A stretch of 60,053 nucleotides of DNA. Source: Minisyncoccota bacterium (GTDB taxonomy: Bacteria; Patescibacteriota; Minisyncoccia; Phycocordibacterales; CAJQIN01). The notes below the pieces were generated by a model that saw only the letters and a list, made by a program, of their open reading frames with translations, searched no databases and was not told the DNA's origin. This document shows positions 38,642-48,692 of the stretch, in pieces. Numbering within the stretch: position 1 is the stretch's first letter; each line of letters opens with the position of its first letter. The stretch spans positions 98,890-158,942 of the forward strand of contig CAJQIN010000012.1 in NCBI GenBank assembly GCA_905478465.1, read 5' to 3'. The position numbers and the translations under genes are program-made.

Positions 38642-39168
38642 ATTTGTTTTTCAAAAATTAAACCATAATGATGTTCTCCCGCATCAAACTCTGATATCTT
38701 CTGGCAACCGTGTGCCGAAAATAGTTCTTGTGCTTTTTCAGAATTTATAACATCTGATATTTGTGGACCCATTCCACCAAAGGATTCTTGCCAATCGACA
38801 ATAAAAATACGTCCCTTAGGTCGCAATATTCGCAAAGTCTCTTTTATTAGACCTTCAATATCTTCAACTTGAAACATAATATTTGCCAAAATAACTGCAT
38901 CAACTGACTCATCCTGAAGACCAGTCCCCCGCAACTTCTCAACATCTCCCCATAAAATTTCAATATTTCTAAGACTTGCTTCATCCGCACGCTGTTTAAG
39001 TCGTGAAAGTAAATCCTTCTGAACATCAACTGCATAGACCTTTCCTCCTCCACCAACAATACGTGCCGCCTCTAATGAGTACTCTCCTGTTCCTGACCCA
39101 AGATCAACAACAGTAGTACCAAGTATCAAACCAAATCTTTCAACATTATTTTGTGGATTAGAAAACAT
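38638..39168 (-). CDS. Class I SAM-dependent methyltransferase (UbiE-like)
   Basis: VVDLGSGTG, GKVYAVD, ILRPKGRIFIVDW; its stop overlaps the start of the binding-protein gene. Confidence 0.88.
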   Translation of the reverse strand: MFSNPQNNVERFGLILGTTVVDLGSGTGEYSLEAARIVGGGGKVYAVDVQKDLLSRLKQRADEASLRNIEILWGDVEKLRGTGLQDESVDAVILANIMFQVEDIEGLIKETLRILRPKGRIFIVDWQESFGGMGPQISDVINSEKAQELFSAHGCQKISEFDAGEHHYGLIFEKQI

Positions 39169-39267
39169 ATTTATAGTATACCAGAGCTTTGAAATGAATT
39201 TATCATAATGTGTGGATATAAAAATACATCTTTTTAATAACGATATATTTTTATATCTTTTTTAGAA

Positions 39268-41727
39268 TTATAAACACACAACAGATGCAAGAGAATCTCC
39301 ATCACGAAGCTTCATGATACGCACACCTTGTGTTTGTCGTCCAAGACTTGGCACTTCTTTTGTTTCAAGTCGAATAACCTGACTCTTTTTTGACATAGCA
39401 ACTATTTCTTCTTGATCAGTAAGTACTTGTGCTGCAATAAGATCACCTGTTTTTGCAGTTACCTTAGCAGTCTTAATCCCACTTCCTCCACGATTTTGAA
39501 CTTTGTAATCAGTAAATAGAGTAGTTTTTCCATATCCATGTTCTGAAACAACAAGCAGAGCAACTGTTTTTTCTGAATCCTTTGGAATCACACCAGTACC
39601 AATCACCATATCTCCTTTTGCAAGTTTCATTCCTCTAACACCAGCCGCATTTCTGCCCATTTCCCGAATTCCTTTTTCACTAAAACGAATAGCTTGTCCT
39701 TTCTTGGTAACAATAACGGCAGTATCATCCTTTTCTACAAAAGAAGCAGAAACTAACGTGTCATCATTTGCAAGTTTAATAGCAATAATTCCATTACGTC
39801 GCACATCATGGAAACTCTCTCCTGTCACCTTCTTTGTTGTTCCATTTTTAGTCACCATTAAAATAGAGACATCTTTTGTTTTCACCTCTTTTGACATTGG
39901 TAAAACTGAGGTTACTTTTTCATCCCCTTCAAGTGAGATAAGGTTCATAATAGATTTTCCACGCGTAGCTCGTCGTCCCTCTGGCACATCATACATTTTT
40001 GTTTGATACACCTTTCCTTTATCAGTAAAGAAAAGAAGATCACTATGTGTGTTTGACTTAAGGAAAGTTGTTACAAAATCTTCTTCTTTTGTATTCAAAT
40101 CAACAACGCCAACTCCTCCACGTTTCTGTTTTTTAAACTCTTCAGGACTTGTACGCTTGATATACCCTCCGGAAGTTAGAACAAGAGCATTTTCTTCACT
40201 AGGAATAAGATCTTCTACTGAAATAGACTTCACGCCAGAAGATACAACTTTTGTTCTTCGAGGATCTGCATGCTTTTCCACAAGTTCCGTCATTTCTTTT
40301 TTGATTAGATCACGCACCTTCTTTTCACTACCAAGAAGATCTTTTAGTTCTTTGATAAGAGCCTGTAAAACCTTTAACTCATCTTCTATTTTCTTTCTTT
40401 CAAGTCCAGCAAGTTTCTGCAGCTTCATTTCAAGGATAGCTGTCGCCTGTCTATCTGAGAACTTGAACTCTTTCATCAAACTTTTATGTGCCGTTGGCGC
40501 ATCAGATGATGCACGAATAAGTTTTATGATTTTATCAATATGATCCAGGGCTTTTTTCAAACCAAGTAAGATATGTTCTCGGTCTTCTGCTTTTGCCAAA
40601 TCATAAGCAGCACGCCTGCGGACTACTTCTGTTCTAAATTCCACAAAAGACTCTAAAATACCCTTAAGATTAACTGTTTGTGGTACACCTTTTACCAAAG
40701 CCACAACATTAAAGTGGAAAGATTCCTCTAGAGAAGTATGTTTATACAAAGCATTAAGAATTTTTTGAGGATGTGCATTTCCTTTCAACTCTACGACCAC
40801 ACGGATATCTTTGGCAGACTCATCTCGAATATCTCGAATTCCTTCAATTCTTTTATCGCGAACAAGGTCAGCAATCTTGATAATAAGATCCGCCTTATTT
40901 ACACGAAACGGAATAGAACTAATAACAATAGAAAAAGCACCTTTCTTGTCCTCTACAATCTCAGCAATACCACGCGTCACTACACCACCACGTCCAGTAG
41001 CATATGCCTGATGAATGTCTTTTTTATTAAAAATAATACCTCCTGTCGGGAAATCTGGGCCCTTAACAAATTCAAGCAAATCTTCTGTTGTTGCTTCAGG
41101 ATTATCAATCAAATGTATCGTCGCACCTACCACCTCACCTAAATTATGTGGAGGAATATTAGTTGCCATACCAACTGCAATACCAAGAGTTCCATTAACC
41201 AAAAGATTTGGAAAACCAGCAGGAAGAACTTTTGGTTCTTTACGCGTACCATCATAGTTAGGAACAAAATCAACTGTTCCTTTTTCAATATCTTTTAACA
41301 AATCACTTGAGATTTTTGACATCTTAGCCTCTGTATAACGCATAGCCGCGGCTCCATCACCATCAACGTTTCCAAAGTTACCTTGTCCTGCAATAAGAGG
41401 AGCTCTTGTCTTAAAATCTTGTTCCATATTCACCAGAGAGTCGTATACCGCAACATCACCATGCGGATGATAATTACCCAACACTTCTCCAACCACAGAT
41501 GCAGATTTTCGAAACTTTGCACTTGCTGTTAATCCCATAGCATTCATTGCATATAGAATACGTCTATGCACAGGTTTGAGCCCATCACGAACATCAGGAA
41601 GAGCACGTGCAGTAATAACCGACATCGCATAATCGATATATGAAGACTTCATTTCATCCGTAATATTTTGAGGAATGATTGAAAGTCTTGGTTGTGGTAC
41701 TTCTGGTTGTTTCTTTTTTGGTGCCAT
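39268..41727 (-). CDS. gyrA: DNA gyrase subunit A
   Basis: [29 protein letters not shown], GyrA-box QKRGGVG. Confidence 0.97.
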   Translation of the reverse strand: MAPKKKQPEVPQPRLSIIPQNITDEMKSSYIDYAMSVITARALPDVRDGLKPVHRRILYAMNAMGLTASAKFRKSASVVGEVLGNYHPHGDVAVYDSLVNMEQDFKTRAPLIAGQGNFGNVDGDGAAAMRYTEAKMSKISSDLLKDIEKGTVDFVPNYDGTRKEPKVLPAGFPNLLVNGTLGIAVGMATNIPPHNLGEVVGATIHLIDNPEATTEDLLEFVKGPDFPTGGIIFNKKDIHQAYATGRGGVVTRGIAEIVEDKKGAFSIVISSIPFRVNKADLIIKIADLVRDKRIEGIRDIRDESAKDIRVVVELKGNAHPQKILNALYKHTSLEESFHFNVVALVKGVPQTVNLKGILESFVEFRTEVVRRRAAYDLAKAEDREHILLGLKKALDHIDKIIKLIRASSDAPTAHKSLMKEFKFSDRQATAILEMKLQKLAGLERKKIEDELKVLQALIKELKDLLGSEKKVRDLIKKEMTELVEKHADPRRTKVVSSGVKSISVEDLIPSEENALVLTSGGYIKRTSPEEFKKQKRGGVGVVDLNTKEEDFVTTFLKSNTHSDLLFFTDKGKVYQTKMYDVPEGRRATRGKSIMNLISLEGDEKVTSVLPMSKEVKTKDVSILMVTKNGTTKKVTGESFHDVRRNGIIAIKLANDDTLVSASFVEKDDTAVIVTKKGQAIRFSEKGIREMGRNAAGVRGMKLAKGDMVIGTGVIPKDSEKTVALLVVSEHGYGKTTLFTDYKVQNRGGSGIKTAKVTAKTGDLIAAQVLTDQEEIVAMSKKSQVIRLETKEVPSLGRQTQGVRIMKLRDGDSLASVVCL

Positions 41728-41776
41728 ACAGAGCGCTATTATAGCATATTATTATACAAATTTATATCTATTTTTA

Positions 41777-41989
41777 TTACTTCTGTGGAATAAGTTTAAA
41801 AAGAGAATTTTTAATAAGAGTAAGAGGATTTTCTGTTGTTATTCCATCTGACACCCGAACTAAACGTACCTGAATAACACCTAGCCAAACCACCAAAACA
41901 CAGCCAGTAATACACAAAGCCCCCCAAAGAGCAATTTTTTGTCGAGAACTTTTTGATTTTTGACGAAGGTTTTGAATCACCTTTTTCAT
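41777..41989 (-). CDS. Small single-TM hypothetical protein
   Basis: 70-aa ORF starting within the stop region of the MBL-fold gene; basic N-terminus plus one TM. Confidence 0.55.
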   Translation of the reverse strand: MKKVIQNLRQKSKSSRQKIALWGALCITGCVLVVWLGVIQVRLVRVSDGITTENPLTLIKNSLFKLIPQK

Positions 41990-41998
41990 ATAAAAGTT

Positions 41999-42622
41999 TT
42001 ATTTTTGCGCCTTAAATACAATTACCTCTCCTTGTTTTCCCGCAAGATCCTTCTTTTTTATAGTAAGCTTTTCAACTGGCTTTACATCTTGTCCGATTTC
42101 ATCAAGGAATTTCTTAAGCACATCAGTACTGTGCGACATAGGAATTACAACTCGTGCTTCAAGACGTGCTGCAATCTTAGCCGCATCTGATGCAGAAAGA
42201 ACGCCCTTAGAACCAACTGGAACGAATAGGATATCTACCTCATCTAGAGTTTCTTTAGCTTTATTAGGCAAATCTAGTGTATCTATAGCGCCCAAAAAGC
42301 AGATTTTCATTCCCTCTAGTTCTATAGAATAAATAGTATTGATGTGTTCATCTCCGCCATAATGAGAAGTACTGGCAAAACCTTTAATGAAAACCTCTTT
42401 GGCTTCATATTCACCAGGACCAGAGACCACAAAAGATTTTTTATCCCCATGATTATTCTGACTTGCACCATTAAAATCTGGATGCTTCACCGATACAAGA
42501 GTTATATCCGCACTAAAACGAGACTCTTTTTCTTTTGATTCTTTTGAAATCGGATCAAATGCAAGAATAGTATCCCCAAACTGGACCTTAAAAGACTGTA
42601 AACCATAATGTGTCACTATCAT
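41999..42622 (-). CDS. MBL-fold metallo-hydrolase-like protein, degenerate metal site
   Basis: ILAFDP, ADITLVS.KHPDFN, GPGEYE, ICFLG, DILFVPVG, VIPMSH. Confidence 0.8.
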   Translation of the reverse strand: MIVTHYGLQSFKVQFGDTILAFDPISKESKEKESRFSADITLVSVKHPDFNGASQNNHGDKKSFVVSGPGEYEAKEVFIKGFASTSHYGGDEHINTIYSIELEGMKICFLGAIDTLDLPNKAKETLDEVDILFVPVGSKGVLSASDAAKIAARLEARVVIPMSHSTDVLKKFLDEIGQDVKPVEKLTIKKKDLAGKQGEVIVFKAQK

Positions 42623-42701
42623 GAGAGAGAGTATACACGATTCAACACTCCGAAGTAAATAGTAGGAACAATTTATATCACGACGTTATTTCAATATAAT
42701 G

Positions 42702-42730
42702 TTGACAAATAAATACTTGCCATATATTAT
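42702..42730 (+). promoter_or_regulatory. Sigma70-type promoter upstream of the rpsA leader
   Basis: TTGACA (42702) - 17 nt - TATTAT (42725). Confidence 0.65.
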
Positions 42731-42736
42731 TTATAT

Positions 42737-42858
42737 TGAAATAGTTTTACTGTTCTTATCTTTTTACCATCGAGGATGTGCTCTCCCCTTCTTATGAAGG
42801 CCCAACGCATCCGCCTCCCTCCCCCCTTGGTCTACAGAGACCAAGGGGCTTTTTTTTT
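42737..42858 (+). ncRNA. Candidate small RNA or attenuator leader upstream of rpsA
   Basis: GC-rich stretch in AT-rich DNA; stem GGATGTG/CGCATCC with inner CTTC/GAAG; C-rich tract; terminator CCCCTTGGTCT/AGACCAAGGGG plus T run. Confidence 0.45.
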
Positions 42859-42992
42859 CCTAAAAACAATGTATAGTAACTTTATATCTGGAATCATCCA
42901 GATATTATTATTAATATTTAAAGGTATCTCTATCTTTACGCACACAGTAGAACGACAGAAAGATACGACCCTTTAAACTAGAATTATAAAAT

Positions 42993-44087
42993 ATGACTAC
43001 AATAGTTGATGAGAAAGCTTTGAAAGCTGCTCGTATAACCGAGATTCTCAATTCAATTGCTACCCCTCCTTCTGTAGGAGATATGGTCGAAGGACCAGTT
43101 ATCGCAATCGAAAAAAATGCCGTTTATGTTGATATGGCACCATTTGGTACCGGAATCATCTACGGTCGTGAATTTATAAACTCACGAGATGTTATCAAAC
43201 GTATCGGTATTGGAGACGAAGTAAGTGCCAAAATTATAGACACTGATGGTCTAAAAGGATACGTGGAATTATCCCTAAAAGAAGCTCGACAAGCACTTGT
43301 ATGGGGTGAAGCTGAAACAGCTATCGAAAATAAGGCTGTTCTTGAACTTCCCGTTATTGAAGCAAACAAGGGTGGACTTATTCTAAACTGGCAAGGTATT
43401 CACGGATTCCTTCCAGCATCTCAACTAAAAAGTGAACATTATCCACGAGTACCAGACGGAGACAAGGATAAGATTTTTGAAGAACTCAAAAAGCTCATTG
43501 GCGACAAGCTTTCAGTAACTATCATTACCGCTGATCCAAAAGAAGGAAAACTTATCTTCTCAGAAAGAAGTCCTGAAGAAAAAGACAAAGGAGCTATCGC
43601 CAAGAAGTACTCTCTTGCTGATGAAGTAACAGGAGAAGTAACTGGCGTTGTTGATTTTGGTATCTTTGTAAAAATTGAGGAAGGTCTTGAAGGACTTGTG
43701 CATATTTCAGAAATTGACTGGGCACTTGTTGAAGATCCAAAAGCTCTGTACAAGGTTGGAGACAAAGTACAGGTAAAAATAATTGAAATTAAAGAAGGAA
43801 AAATTTCTCTCTCAATCAAGGCTCTACGAAAAAACCCTTGGATGGAAGCAGAGAGTAAATACAAGAAAGGACAAAAAGTGGAGGGAGTTATCATCAAATA
43901 CAATAAGCATGGAGCTCTTGCTTCTGTTGAAGAAGGAATTGCAGGACTTGTGCATATTTCAGAATTTGAAAACGAAGATAAACTTCGAGAAACACTTGAA
44001 CTTGGAAAGGTTTATAGCTTTGCAGTGACACTCTTCGATGTTAAAGAACAAAGAATGGCACTTTCTTGGAAAGAAGCTAATAAATAA
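42993..44087 (+). CDS. rpsA: 30S ribosomal protein bS1 (four S1 domains)
   Basis: Repeated S1 domains (GFLPASQL, FGIFV..EGLVHISE). Confidence 0.9.
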   Translation: MTTIVDEKALKAARITEILNSIATPPSVGDMVEGPVIAIEKNAVYVDMAPFGTGIIYGREFINSRDVIKRIGIGDEVSAKIIDTDGLKGYVELSLKEARQALVWGEAETAIENKAVLELPVIEANKGGLILNWQGIHGFLPASQLKSEHYPRVPDGDKDKIFEELKKLIGDKLSVTIITADPKEGKLIFSERSPEEKDKGAIAKKYSLADEVTGEVTGVVDFGIFVKIEEGLEGLVHISEIDWALVEDPKALYKVGDKVQVKIIEIKEGKISLSIKALRKNPWMEAESKYKKGQKVEGVIIKYNKHGALASVEEGIAGLVHISEFENEDKLRETLELGKVYSFAVTLFDVKEQRMALSWKEANK

Positions 44088-44117
44088 TACACCCCTAAGA
44101 ACTTAGGATTAGACCCA

Positions 44118-44154
44118 ATAATACCCCGGATCGTTTTACGATCCGGGGTATTAT
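44118..44154. terminator. Bidirectional terminator between rpsA and pth
   Basis: 17-bp arms ataataccccggatcgt / acgatccggggtattat. Confidence 0.85.
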
Positions 44155-44179
44155 ATTTTTATATAAAATTATTATAACT

Positions 44180-44764
44180 CTAATTAAACCCATTCATCGC
44201 ACTCACCCTTCCCTCCATCACAATAACCTCAAGAGCCTCAACTGCTTTTTTTATCGTTTTCTTCAAGACTTCCTCTTCTTTTTTTGAAAAATTACCAATA
44301 ACAAAATTAACAACCTTTTCTTCCCCTTTTGGTTTACGTAACTTTCCTGTCGGCGTGCTCGGAGAGATACCCATACGCAACCTTGTAAACTCCTTGGTCG
44401 TCAGTGCACGTGATACAGACTCAATACCTTTATGCCCTCCCGAACCACGATTAAAAACAACTTTCATTTTACCAAGAGCCATATCCATATCGTCATACAC
44501 AACCACAAGATCTTGTGCTTTCTTTTTACTAGTCACTAGTTTCTTTACACTCGTACCAGATTTATTCATAAACGTTTCTGGTAACAAAACTTCTACCTTT
44601 GTCTTACCAATTTTACCCACAGACACAAGTCCAAGCATTTTTTTATTTTCCTGCCACTCTGAAAAATCATTTTTCTTACAAAAAGCTTCCACAACCATGC
44701 GCCCAACATTGTGTCGTGATTTTTCATATTCTTTTCCAGGATTTCCTAAGCCGACTATATACAT
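44180..44764 (-). CDS. pth: Peptidyl-tRNA hydrolase
   Basis: IVGLGNPG..Y..SRHNVG, PETFMN.SG, GSGGHKG; ATG 44764. Confidence 0.95.
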   Translation of the reverse strand: MYIVGLGNPGKEYEKSRHNVGRMVVEAFCKKNDFSEWQENKKMLGLVSVGKIGKTKVEVLLPETFMNKSGTSVKKLVTSKKKAQDLVVVYDDMDMALGKMKVVFNRGSGGHKGIESVSRALTTKEFTRLRMGISPSTPTGKLRKPKGEEKVVNFVIGNFSKKEEEVLKKTIKKAVEALEVIVMEGRVSAMNGFN

Positions 44765-44822
44765 ACCCAAATTGTAACATAAACTTGTTTTAAGCCAATT
44801 TTCGTACTATAATTGCGAAACT

Positions 44823-45365
44823 ATGAAAAAATTTCTCTTAGAAATACTCCAATTTGCCCTTATTGCTGTATTTATCGTTGTACCCTTTCGTATATTTATT
44901 GCCCAACCTTTTATTGTAAGCGGTCAATCTATGTACCCCACCTTCCATGACGGAGATTATTTAGTAATTGACCAGCTCACCTACCGTTTTGATACACCAG
45001 AGCGCGGTTCTGTGGTTATTTTCAAATATCCATACGATACAAGTAAATATTTTATTAAGCGTATTATTGGTCTTCCCGGAGAAACTATACGTATACAAAA
45101 TGGTGCTATTACTATAGAAAATAACTCTAACCCCGAAGGATTTATACTAGACAGCTCTTATATCACCAATACAAAAGAAGACAATTCTGTCACAACTCTT
45201 GGACAAAATGAATACTTTGTCCTGGGAGATAATCGTTCAAATAGCTCTGATTCTCGTATCTGGGGAGCTCTAAATGAAGAATACATTGTTGGACGACCTC
45301 TGATGCGACTCTTGCCTATACAAGACTTTGATGCATTTCCTGGAGATTATTCAGATATAAATTAA
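44823..45365 (+). CDS. lepB: Signal peptidase I
   Basis: SGQSMYPT, FIKRIIGLPGE, GDNRSNSSDSR. Confidence 0.95.
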   Translation: MKKFLLEILQFALIAVFIVVPFRIFIAQPFIVSGQSMYPTFHDGDYLVIDQLTYRFDTPERGSVVIFKYPYDTSKYFIKRIIGLPGETIRIQNGAITIENNSNPEGFILDSSYITNTKEDNSVTTLGQNEYFVLGDNRSNSSDSRIWGALNEEYIVGRPLMRLLPIQDFDAFPGDYSDIN

Positions 45366-45373
45366 TTGTCATT

Positions 45374-46606
45374 ATGAGTAAAAAAAATAAAAAAATTCAG
45401 CAAGAACTTGATATTGCACAAGAATATGACCAAGCTGCTGAAATCGCACGGTATTTTGGATTTACCCCAATAAACACACCTTCATACAATCCTGAAGCAC
45501 TTGAGAGAATAAAATCTCTAAAAGAAGATACTTATAAAAGCGTCTACAAAACAAAAACGGAAGAAACTCTTCGATCCAGCCATTTAAACGAAAAAGCAAC
45601 AATCGCATACAGCTACATAAACGGATGGCAGAATTTCTCTCAGACTCTTTCTATTTTTACTCCTCTTCCTTTTAAAAAGGGTTCTAAAAAACTACCCAAA
45701 ACAGCCGAGTACGGTATCGATATTATTGGTAGCGGACAAAGTATTGCTGATGCCCTCTTAATGCAAACTATCAAATCTATTCTTGAAGAAGAAGGATTTA
45801 AAGGTATTCACTTTGAAATAAACTGCATCGGAGAAAAAGATGCCACACACCAATTTGAAAAAGAACTTAATGCTTATTTCCGAAAAAATATTAACCTATT
45901 AACCCCAGACCAACAAAAACTCTTCAAACACAATGTCTTTCACCTGATCCAAGAAGCAGCGCGTACCGAAACATTTATTGAATTACTAAAGGAAGCCCCT
46001 CAAGCCATGAACTTCCTTTCTGAAGCGGGTCGAAAACACTTTAAAGAAGTACTCGAACACCTAGAGAATCTAAATATTGATTATGAAATAGATGGTTTCT
46101 TGATTGAGAATAAATACTACTCAACTCATACCATTTTTGCTGCACGAGATAAAAACGGAACACTTCTAGCACTCGGAGGACGCTACAATAACATCACCAA
46201 AAAACTCGGAACCCGAAAAGATATTCCCGCTATTGGCGCCACGCTATGTTACAAATATACAAAAGAAAGAAAACAACAAAAACGAGATTCATTTCCAAAA
46301 CAATCTTTCTACTTCATGCAACTTGGACAAGAAGCAAAAGTAAAAGGTCTTGCCATGTTAGAACAATTACGGAAAAAGAAAATTCCTATTGTTCATTCAA
46401 TTACTCGAGACAAAGCATCTAGCCAACTCGGAACAGCCGACAATCTAAAACTTCCATACATAATTATTATCGGAAAAAAAGAAGCTTACGAAAATACCGT
46501 AGCCTTAAGAGAAAGTTCTACTCGTGCACAAAAAATTATCGGCTTTGATACACTTCCAAAGCAACTCAAGGTTCTCCAAAGTGCCCTTGCAAAAAAGAAA
46601 AAATAG
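45374..46606 (+). CDS. Histidyl-tRNA-synthetase-like protein with degenerate catalytic motifs
   Basis: GF.PI.TP motif 1, GGRY, PAIG and HGTP anticodon-binding domain retained; motif-2 RxE/Q and motif-3 Arg not seen. Confidence 0.7.
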   Translation: MSKKNKKIQQELDIAQEYDQAAEIARYFGFTPINTPSYNPEALERIKSLKEDTYKSVYKTKTEETLRSSHLNEKATIAYSYINGWQNFSQTLSIFTPLPFKKGSKKLPKTAEYGIDIIGSGQSIADALLMQTIKSILEEEGFKGIHFEINCIGEKDATHQFEKELNAYFRKNINLLTPDQQKLFKHNVFHLIQEAARTETFIELLKEAPQAMNFLSEAGRKHFKEVLEHLENLNIDYEIDGFLIENKYYSTHTIFAARDKNGTLLALGGRYNNITKKLGTRKDIPAIGATLCYKYTKERKQQKRDSFPKQSFYFMQLGQEAKVKGLAMLEQLRKKKIPIVHSITRDKASSQLGTADNLKLPYIIIIGKKEAYENTVALRESSTRAQKIIGFDTLPKQLKVLQSALAKKKK

Positions 46607-46654
46607 GGTATATTTTGATATATCACAGATACGTTTCTGCGATATCAACCCCGG

Positions 46655-46693
46655 GGACTACCGAACAACATTGTTGTAAGGTAGTCCTTTTTT
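46655..46693 (+). terminator. Terminator after the HisRS-like gene
   Basis: GGACTACC...GGTAGTCC followed by a T run. Confidence 0.65.
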
Positions 46694-46742
46694 CTTTTTA
46701 ACTCTTGCATCTATCCAAATATATGCTAAATTTGTATCTTAT

Positions 46743-46991
46743 ATGGCAATAATAAACGCAGAGGTACAAAAAAATAACAACGAAAACTCATTGAGTATCA
46801 TCCGAAGATTTACTAAACGTATGCAAGGAACAGGTATCCTTCGACGAGTTCGATCTATTCGTTACGCACAACGCCCTCTTTCAAAATACGTACAAAAGAA
46901 AGGTAAACTGAAACGAATTGAAAAACGTACAGAAATTGAAAGACTCATGAAATTAGGAAAATTCAAAGTTGCACCACGAAGAGGAAGATAA
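46743..46991 (+). CDS. bS21-like ribosomal protein (divergent)
   Basis: E....IIRRFTKR...TGIL...R..RY...P pattern; highly basic 82 aa; lies upstream of ybeY. Confidence 0.7.
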   Translation: MAIINAEVQKNNNENSLSIIRRFTKRMQGTGILRRVRSIRYAQRPLSKYVQKKGKLKRIEKRTEIERLMKLGKFKVAPRRGR

Positions 46992-46994
46992 CTC

Positions 46995-47378
46995 ATGAAT
47001 GACTTATTTGATATTACAAATAAAACAAAAGGCAAGCTTCCACGCTTGCCTTTTGTTGATATAAAAAATGAAATACTTGGAAAAAAATACAATCTCAGCC
47101 TGGTGTTCATTGGAGAAAGACGTTCTCTAAAACTCAATCAAACATATAGACGAAAAACTACTTCAACAAATATACTCTCCTTCCCTTTAACAAAAACAGA
47201 CGGAGAAATATTTATCACCCCTGCCAGAGCACGTCGACAAATGCATTTATTTGAAAAAAACGAGAGAGAATTTATCGGATTTTTATTTATCCACGGACTT
47301 TTGCATTTGAAAGGAATGGCACACGGTAGTAGAATGGAGGAAGCGGAAAAGAAATACTGTAAAAAGTTTCATCTTTAA
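46995..47378 (+). CDS. ybeY: rRNA maturation endonuclease YbeY
   Basis: LNQTYR.K...TNILSFP, GEIFI, IHGLLHLKGMAH zinc motif. Confidence 0.9.
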   Translation: MNDLFDITNKTKGKLPRLPFVDIKNEILGKKYNLSLVFIGERRSLKLNQTYRRKTTSTNILSFPLTKTDGEIFITPARARRQMHLFEKNEREFIGFLFIHGLLHLKGMAHGSRMEEAEKKYCKKFHL

Positions 47379-47406
47379 CACCTGCTAGATTTTTATATTT
47401 TAATTT

Positions 47407-48573
47407 ATGTCCCGAAACATTACAGTCGGTATCGATATTGGTACGTACCAAATCAAAGTTGTTGTTGCTGAACAGAGCAAACAACGAGGTTTGCCACGCA
47501 TCATTGGTACGGGATATGCTGAATCAAAAGGAATGCGTCATGGGTACATTATTAATACAACAGACATCACTCGCTCTCTTCTGATAGCGAAACAACAAGC
47601 AGAAAAAATATCTGGGCATATTATAAAAAAAGCCTATCTCTCAATAGGAGGTGTAGGGCTTGGAAGTGTTATCTCCACAGGGAAAACAATAGTCTCTCGT
47701 GCTGACGCACAAATCAGCGACCTTGATATAGAAAACTCTATTCAAAAGGCAGAGCAAAGTATCTCCGAAGCCCAGAGTATCAACAGAAAAATTATTCACA
47801 CCATACCAATCAAACATAGAATTGATGGCAAAATAATTCTTGGTCGTCCTGATGATATGAGGGGTACACAATTAGAGTCCGAGGTACTTTTTGTAACCTC
47901 TCTTGAAAATCATCTTAATGACCTCATAGAAGCGGTAGAAGATGCAGACATCGAAGTAATAGACGTTATGGCATCTCCTGTGGCAGCTAGTTTTGTAACC
48001 CTCACCAAAACACAAAAGGTAGCAGGATGTGTTCTTGCTAATATCGGAGCAGAGACCGTATCAATTGTTGTATTCGAAAATAGTGTCCCAATATCCCTAG
48101 AGGTCTTCCCTGTTGGATCAACAGATATAACTAATGACATTGCTTTGGGATTAAAAATACCCCTTGAAGAAGCTGAGCAGGTAAAAAGAGGAAGTATGAT
48201 TGGTAGCGTTTATTCACAAAAGAAACTTGATGATATTATTGCTGACAGACTTTCTGATATTATGGAACTTATCGATGCACATCTCAAAAAAATAGGACGA
48301 AGTGGACTTCTTCCTGCAGGTATCATCATTACCGGTGGAGGATCTGGCTTAAAAAACCTAAACGATCTTGCAAAAAGTTCCCTGAAACTTCCATCACGTA
48401 TTGCAACCATAGCAACAGAAAACAATAATATAAAAGACTCTACTTGGGCTGTCGCATACGGACTCTGTATTCTTGGCTTTTCAACAGACGATCAAAGTTC
48501 TCTAGGAGTGACCAAAATCACAAAAAATTTATTTAATTCTGTTTTCAAAACTATCAAACAGTTTTTACCATAA
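47407..48573 (+). CDS. ftsA: Cell division protein FtsA
   Basis: GIDIGT..IK, G...G.I, ANIG.ETV, GIIITGGGS. Confidence 0.93.
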   Translation: MSRNITVGIDIGTYQIKVVVAEQSKQRGLPRIIGTGYAESKGMRHGYIINTTDITRSLLIAKQQAEKISGHIIKKAYLSIGGVGLGSVISTGKTIVSRADAQISDLDIENSIQKAEQSISEAQSINRKIIHTIPIKHRIDGKIILGRPDDMRGTQLESEVLFVTSLENHLNDLIEAVEDADIEVIDVMASPVAASFVTLTKTQKVAGCVLANIGAETVSIVVFENSVPISLEVFPVGSTDITNDIALGLKIPLEEAEQVKRGSMIGSVYSQKKLDDIIADRLSDIMELIDAHLKKIGRSGLLPAGIIITGGGSGLKNLNDLAKSSLKLPSRIATIATENNNIKDSTWAVAYGLCILGFSTDDQSSLGVTKITKNLFNSVFKTIKQFLP

Positions 48574-48692
48574 ACTATCACTTCTATATATAGTGAATAG
48601 AACACAAATACCCACTATCAACAAGGTATTTTCATTTTGCTGGCTTCTGTTATGATGTAACTAATCAGTTAAATGAAGGAATAATACTATAT

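Noticed and set aside
39205-39225. DnaA box / replication origin near gyrA
   Set aside because: A single 8/9 match (TGTGGATAT), with no box cluster, unwinding element or dnaA nearby.
42776-42976. Leader peptide with a PPP stall motif upstream of rpsA
   Set aside because: The prolines come from the C-rich RNA tract, the ORF runs through the terminator, and the GAGG lies directly against the ATG. It is better explained as an RNA element.
43691-43964. 22-bp exact repeat in rpsA (43691-43712 and 43943-43964) as a mobile or regulatory repeat
   Set aside because: It encodes the conserved GLVHISE motif of two S1 domains; protein constraint plus codon bias is sufficient.
46610-46693. Separate small RNA between the HisRS-like and bS21-like genes
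   Set aside because: Two hairpins are present, but they are adequately explained as the 3' UTR and terminator of the upstream operon.
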